Below, piece after piece: positions 59,379 through 64,000 of a stretch of 64,000 nt of DNA; the first letter of the stretch is position 1; every line of letters starts with the position of its first letter. The notes under the pieces are model-generated. The model did not search any database, was not told the DNA's origin, and saw nothing but the letters and a program-made list of their open reading frames with translations. The translations under genes and the position numbers were made by a program. This DNA comes from an uncultured Gemmatimonadaceae bacterium (lineage in GTDB: Bacteria > Gemmatimonadota > Gemmatimonadetes > Gemmatimonadales > Gemmatimonadaceae), in contig CAVUDW010000002.1 in assembly GCA_963740355.1 (NCBI GenBank), positions 1,152,001 through 1,216,000 of the forward strand, in the 5' to 3' direction.

Positions 59379-60731
59379 TTGGTGGCATCATTCCTCTCAT
59401 GCGCCTCCCGATCTCTCGCCCTGCTCGGCCTCACCTGTGCCCCGTTGCTGGCCGCCCAGGCGCCCAACACCCCGCCACTCCCGGCTGGTGTCACCCGTGA
59501 CCTTGCAGCGCGGGTGGTGGCGGTGACGCCCAAGGTGGTGGCATGGCGTCGCGACCTGCACGCCAACCCGGAACTGAGCGGCCTCGAGACGCGCACGGCA
59601 GGTGTGGTGGCGGCGCACCTCAAGGCGCTTGGCCTCGAGGTGAAAACAGATGTTGGCGGCGCGCACGGCGTGATCGCGATCCTGCGTGGCGGTCGCCCCG
59701 GTCCCGCCGTCGCGCTGCGGGCCGACATGGATGCGCTGCCGGTGACGGAACAGACCGGCCTCCCGTTCGCCTCGAAGGTCACCACGCAGTACAACGGCCA
59801 GACGGTCGGTGTGATGCATGCCTGTGGGCATGACGCACACACGGCGATCCTGATGGGTGTGGCCGAAGTGCTGGCAGGGATGCGGGCAACGCTTCCCGGC
59901 ACTGTGACCTTCCTCTTTCAGCCGGACGAAGAGGGGAATGGCGGGGCACAGCGGATGCTCGACGCGGGGGCCTTCGACTCGCCGCGTGTCGAGGTGGTGT
60001 ATGGACTGCACACCTGGCCCGGCCCCATCGGCACCATCTCCACGCGCAGCGGCGGCATGATGGCCAGCATCGATTCGTGGCGCGTGGTGGTGCATGGCAA
60101 GCAGGCGCACGGTGCGCAGCCATGGCGCAGCGTCGACCCGATCGTGGTCGGCTCGCAGATCGTCAACGACTTGCAGACCATCGTCAGCCGCAACGTCGAC
60201 CTGACGGCAGGACCCGCCGTCGTGACGGTCGGCATCTTCAATGGCGGCGTGCGCGAGAACATCATCCCCGACAGTGCCGTGATGTCCGGCACCTATCGCA
60301 CCTTCAACGCCACCGCGCGTGAAACGGTGAAGCGACAGATTGCGAACATCGCCACCAGCATCGCCACGGCGGGTGGCGCGACGGCGACCGTGACACTCAC
60401 CGATGATGGCTATCCGGCCACCGTGAACGATCCGCGCTGGTTCGGTCGGTCGACCAATGTGCTCCGCAACACACTCGGCGCTGCCAACGTGCTGGAGAGT
60501 GCGCCGTCGATGCCGGGCGAGGACTTCTCGGTCTTGCTGCAGCGCGTACCGGGGCTTTTCATCTTTCTCGGCGTGACGCCCCGCGGAGTGGATCCCAGCA
60601 CAGTGCCGGCGAACCACTCACCACTGTTCGTGGTTGACGAGCGTGCACTTCCCACCGGGATCACGGCCCTGTCGAGCCTCACGCTCGACGCGCTGTTGAA
60701 CGGTGTTCCGAAGCTTGCACCCACGCCATGA
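59379..60731 (+). CDS. Secreted M20D amidohydrolase
   Basis: RRDLHANPELS, LRADMDALP, MHACGHDAH, FQPDEE, GEDF, NHSP; start uncertain. Confidence 0.9.
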   Translation: MVASFLSCASRSLALLGLTCAPLLAAQAPNTPPLPAGVTRDLAARVVAVTPKVVAWRRDLHANPELSGLETRTAGVVAAHLKALGLEVKTDVGGAHGVIAILRGGRPGPAVALRADMDALPVTEQTGLPFASKVTTQYNGQTVGVMHACGHDAHTAILMGVAEVLAGMRATLPGTVTFLFQPDEEGNGGAQRMLDAGAFDSPRVEVVYGLHTWPGPIGTISTRSGGMMASIDSWRVVVHGKQAHGAQPWRSVDPIVVGSQIVNDLQTIVSRNVDLTAGPAVVTVGIFNGGVRENIIPDSAVMSGTYRTFNATARETVKRQIANIATSIATAGGATATVTLTDDGYPATVNDPRWFGRSTNVLRNTLGAANVLESAPSMPGEDFSVLLQRVPGLFIFLGVTPRGVDPSTVPANHSPLFVVDERALPTGITALSSLTLDALLNGVPKLAPTP

Positions 60732-60794
60732 CGCACCTGGCAATTGCAGTGGTTCACTCATGCAACGTCTCCCTCGCTCTCCCGTGATCCCGTC

Positions 60795-62410
60795 ATGACG
60801 TATTCGCCACGCCAGCTGATCGCTGCATTGCTGCTGCTTGCCGCCTGCCAGGCGCCATCATCCCGCCCTGCGGTCGCAGTCGCGCCCGCTGCTGCGTACA
60901 ACGAGCCGCACCGACCTTCATATCACTTCACGCCGGCCGCGAAGTGGATGAATGACCCCAACGGCATGGTGTTCTATGAAGGGGAGTACCACCTCTTCTA
61001 CCAGTTCTATCCAGACAGCACCGTCTGGGGCCCGATGCACTGGGGGCACGCAGTCAGCACGGATCTGGTGCACTGGCAACATCTTCCCATCGCACTCTAT
61101 CCAGATTCGCTGGGCCTGATCTTCTCCGGGAGTGCGGTCATCGACTGGAAGAACACCAGTGGATTCGGCGTCGGGGGCAAGCCACCGATGGTCGCGATGT
61201 TCACCTACCACGACATGGCGCGCGAAAAGGGTGGCGCGGCAACCTGGCAGACGCAGGGCATTGCGTACAGCAATGATCGCGGCCGCACCTGGACGAAGTA
61301 CAAAGGCAATCCCGTCATTCCCAATCCCGGACTGCGCGACTTCCGCGACACGAAGGTCATCTGGCACGAGGCCTCACAGCGCTGGATCATGGTGCTGGCC
61401 GCGGGTGATCGGCTGCGCCTGTACGCGTCCGAGAACCTGCGCGAGTGGCAGCAGGTGAGTGAATTCGGCGCCAACCTTGGTGCACATGGCGGCGTGTGGG
61501 AGTGCCCGGATCTGTTCCCGCTGAAGGTCGAGGGCACCGGCGAAACGAAGTGGGTGCTGCTGGTGAGCATCAATCCTGGCGGCCCGAATGGCGGGTCGGC
61601 CACGCAGTACTTCGTCGGCAACTTCGATGGCTCGACCTTCACGCTCGATCCCGCGTTCGCCCCGTCCGTTGGCGCGGCCGGCAAGGAGCCGTCGCGCGGG
61701 GTGTGGATCGACCACGGGCGTGACAACTACGCTGGCGTCACCTGGTCCGACATACCAGCGGAGGATGGGCGCCGCATCTTCATCGGCTGGATGAGCAACT
61801 GGGACTACGCGACCGTGGTGCCGACTGAAGTGTGGCGCAGTGCCATGACGATTCCACGCACACTGACGCTGCATCGCACGGCGGCCGGCCCGCGACTCTT
61901 CTCGACGCCCGTGAATGAGATGCGCCTGCTGCGTGGCGAGACCGTGACGATTCCTGGCCGACGGTTCGACGGCGCACTACCCCTGCGCTTGCCCAATGGT
62001 GCAACCGCTGCGGCCGCAGAAGTCGACCTCGAGTTTCTGGTGCCGCCGGGAACGACGCCGAATCTGGCGCTGGAACTCACCAATGCCGCTGGGGAGGTCT
62101 ATCGCGTCGGCTACGATGCGGCGGCCAAGCAGTTCTTCAGCGATCGCACGTCAACGCCGCATAGCTTTCTCGCCGACGTTCGCGACCACCGTGCACCACG
62201 CGCCACGAATTGCGCACTGACTCGATCGTGCGGATGCATGTGTATCTCGATCGTGCGTCGATGGAGCTGTTTGCCGACGGTGGCGCGACCGCACTGACCG
62301 ACATCGTCTTCCCAACGCAGGACTTCGCAACGATGCGCCTCGTCGTGAAGGGCGCGCCGGTATCGCTGAAGTACGCCACCATTTCTGGCCTCAGGTCGAG
62401 CTGGCGGTGA
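60795..62410 (+). CDS. GH32 beta-fructofuranosidase/levanase lipoprotein, with two apparent +1 insertions near 62163 and 62216
   Basis: LAAC lipobox; WMNDPNG, WGHAVS, FSGSA, RDTK, WECPDL; C-terminal LDRASMELF lies in another frame; about 537 aa when repaired. Confidence 0.85.
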
Positions 62411-62972
62411 AGACGCGACCCTGCGGCGTTGCCTCCACGCTGCCATCGTCTCGCTGGTTCTGGCGCCGCCGAACGCGTGGGCGCAGTCGGGACAGCGGTT
62501 CCCCGAGAGCTGGAGCGGACGCTGGACGGGGACACTCGTCACGTACTCGCCGCCGGATTCCGTCCGGAATCGGATTCCGATCACGCTCGAGATTGCGCGT
62601 GAAGGTGGCGGTAGTGGCTATCTCTGGCGTACCGTCTTCAATGCCGATACTGTGCGCGGGCTACGCCCATATCGCCTGATAGTGGAGGATGTCGCGAAGG
62701 GGCACTACGCCACCGATGAGGGCAAGGGTGTACTGCTCGACGAGACCTATATCGCCGGTGTCCTGACGAGTGTGTTCCAGGTGCAGACGCGCGTGCTCGA
62801 GAGCCGCTACACGCTCCGTGGTGACACTCTCACACACGAGCTGACCTGGTGGGACGCCGCGCCGTCGAGATCGGTGAAGGGCAGTGGTGCGAACGCCGAG
62901 GGCGGCGCGGAGATTCGCTCGTTCCGCGTGCAGGGGATGCAGCGCAGTGTGATGGTTCGACAGCGGGACTGA
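62407..62972 (+). CDS. Hypothetical secreted protein; start region probably frameshifted
   Basis: The frame of ORF 62652 stays open upstream: LRRCLHAAIVSLVLAPPNAWAQSGQRFPESWSGRWTG..., a signal-peptide-like sequence; the GTG at 62407 is out of frame. Confidence 0.55.
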
Positions 62973-63005
62973 CCGGCAGGTTCACCTTCAATCGACTCCG
63001 TCGCC

Positions 63006-64000
63006 ATGTGCGTTGACTCCCTGAGCGCCAGACTTCGTGTGCGTCGCCACTCGCTCCTGCATCTGGCGACTTGCGTGCTGGCGTTCGCCGTTTCGGCGCC
63101 GAAGGTCGAGGCGCAAGCGCCCGTGGCCGGCGCTGCCGCTCGTGCTGCGGCCCGCGTGTATCGCGAACAACACGAAGGGGCGATCCTGACCGAGTTCGCT
63201 GAGCTGCTGTCGCTCCCGAACCTCGCCACGGATTCCGTGAATATCCGGCGCAATGCGGATTTCCTCGTGCGGATGCTGCAAGGCCGAGGCTTCACGAATA
63301 CCAGGCTGCTCACGGTGCCCGGTGGTCCGCCCGCCGTGTACGGTGAGCTGATGCAGCCCGGCGCGACGAAGACGCTCGTGCTCTACGCGCACTACGACGG
63401 ACAGCCGGTGGACGCCACCAAGTGGACCACGCCGCCCTGGTCCCCGGTGCTGCGCACGAAGGAGGTGCACCTTGGCGGTACCACCATCCCCATCCCGAGT
63501 GGGAGTGGTCGAGTGGACGGCGAGGCGCGCATCTACGGACGGTCCGCCGGTGATGACAAGGGATCGATCCAGGCGATTCTCTCAGCGCTCGACGCGATGA
63601 AGGCATCGCAGATGGCGCCATCGGTGAACCTGAAGGTGTTCTTCGAAGGGGAGGAGGAGGCAGGTTCGGGACACCTGCAGCAGATCCTCACCACCTACGC
63701 CGCGCAACTCACGGGTGATGCGTGGTTGTTCTGCGATGGGCCCGTGCACCAGAGTGGACGCCCGCAGCTGTCGTTCGGGCAGCGTGGTTCCTCCGGCTTC
63801 GAGCTCACCTTGTACGGTCCGACGCGCGCGTTGCACAGTGGCCACTACGGCAACTGGGCCCCGAATCCGGCGATGATGATCGCCACGCTGATCGCCAGCA
63901 TGCGTGACGATGATGGCCGCATCAAGATTGCGGGGTACTACGACGATGTGAAGCCGGTCAGCGCCGCCGAACACCGCGCGGTGGCCGAACTACCGAAGTA
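63006..64000 (+). CDS. Secreted M20 family peptidase, truncated by the window end
   Basis: Manual translation: YAHYDGQPV, YGRSAGDDKG, FEGEEEAGS, LHSGHYGNW. Confidence 0.85.
   Translation, partial: MCVDSLSARLRVRRHSLLHLATCVLAFAVSAPKVEAQAPVAGAAARAAARVYREQHEGAILTEFAELLSLPNLATDSVNIRRNADFLVRMLQGRGFTNTRLLTVPGGPPAVYGELMQPGATKTLVLYAHYDGQPVDATKWTTPPWSPVLRTKEVHLGGTTIPIPSGSGRVDGEARIYGRSAGDDKGSIQAILSALDAMKASQMAPSVNLKVFFEGEEEAGSGHLQQILTTYAAQLTGDAWLFCDGPVHQSGRPQLSFGQRGSSGFELTLYGPTRALHSGHYGNWAPNPAMMIATLIASMRDDDGRIKIAGYYDDVKPVSAAEHRAVAELPK

Overview
A GC-rich bacterial chromosomal window made of metabolic, envelope, secreted-hydrolase and DNA-repair genes. Gene style is reminiscent of Gemmatimonadota, which is inference only. 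No rRNA, tRNA, CRISPR array or mobile element was seen. Main highlights: (1) an addB-addA helicase-nuclease pair followed by a single-chain, tandem-WYL PafB-PafC fusion regulator. A near-consensus PafBC/RecA-NDp promoter (TGTCAG-N10-GA-N3-T) lies just upstream of addB, suggesting a self-contained, LexA-independent DNA-damage module without pafA/pup in the window. (2) The two signature enzymes of the 3-hydroxypropionate route, trifunctional propionyl-CoA synthase and bifunctional malonyl-CoA reductase, with overlapping stop/start codons and followed by tesB. (3) A c-di-GMP-I riboswitch ahead of a GH18 lipoprotein. (4) A SigK/RskA/fasciclin module with two mirror-image ECF promoters. Also present: gnd-zwf-pgl, a pxpBCA-DUF969/979/2891 operon, mprF/acvB, a TetR-ABC operon with an unannotated 37-aa membrane peptide, and many peptidases and glycosidases. 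Several genes carry apparent single-base insertions, probably sequencing errors. All product calls come from motif recognition by eye, not database searches.
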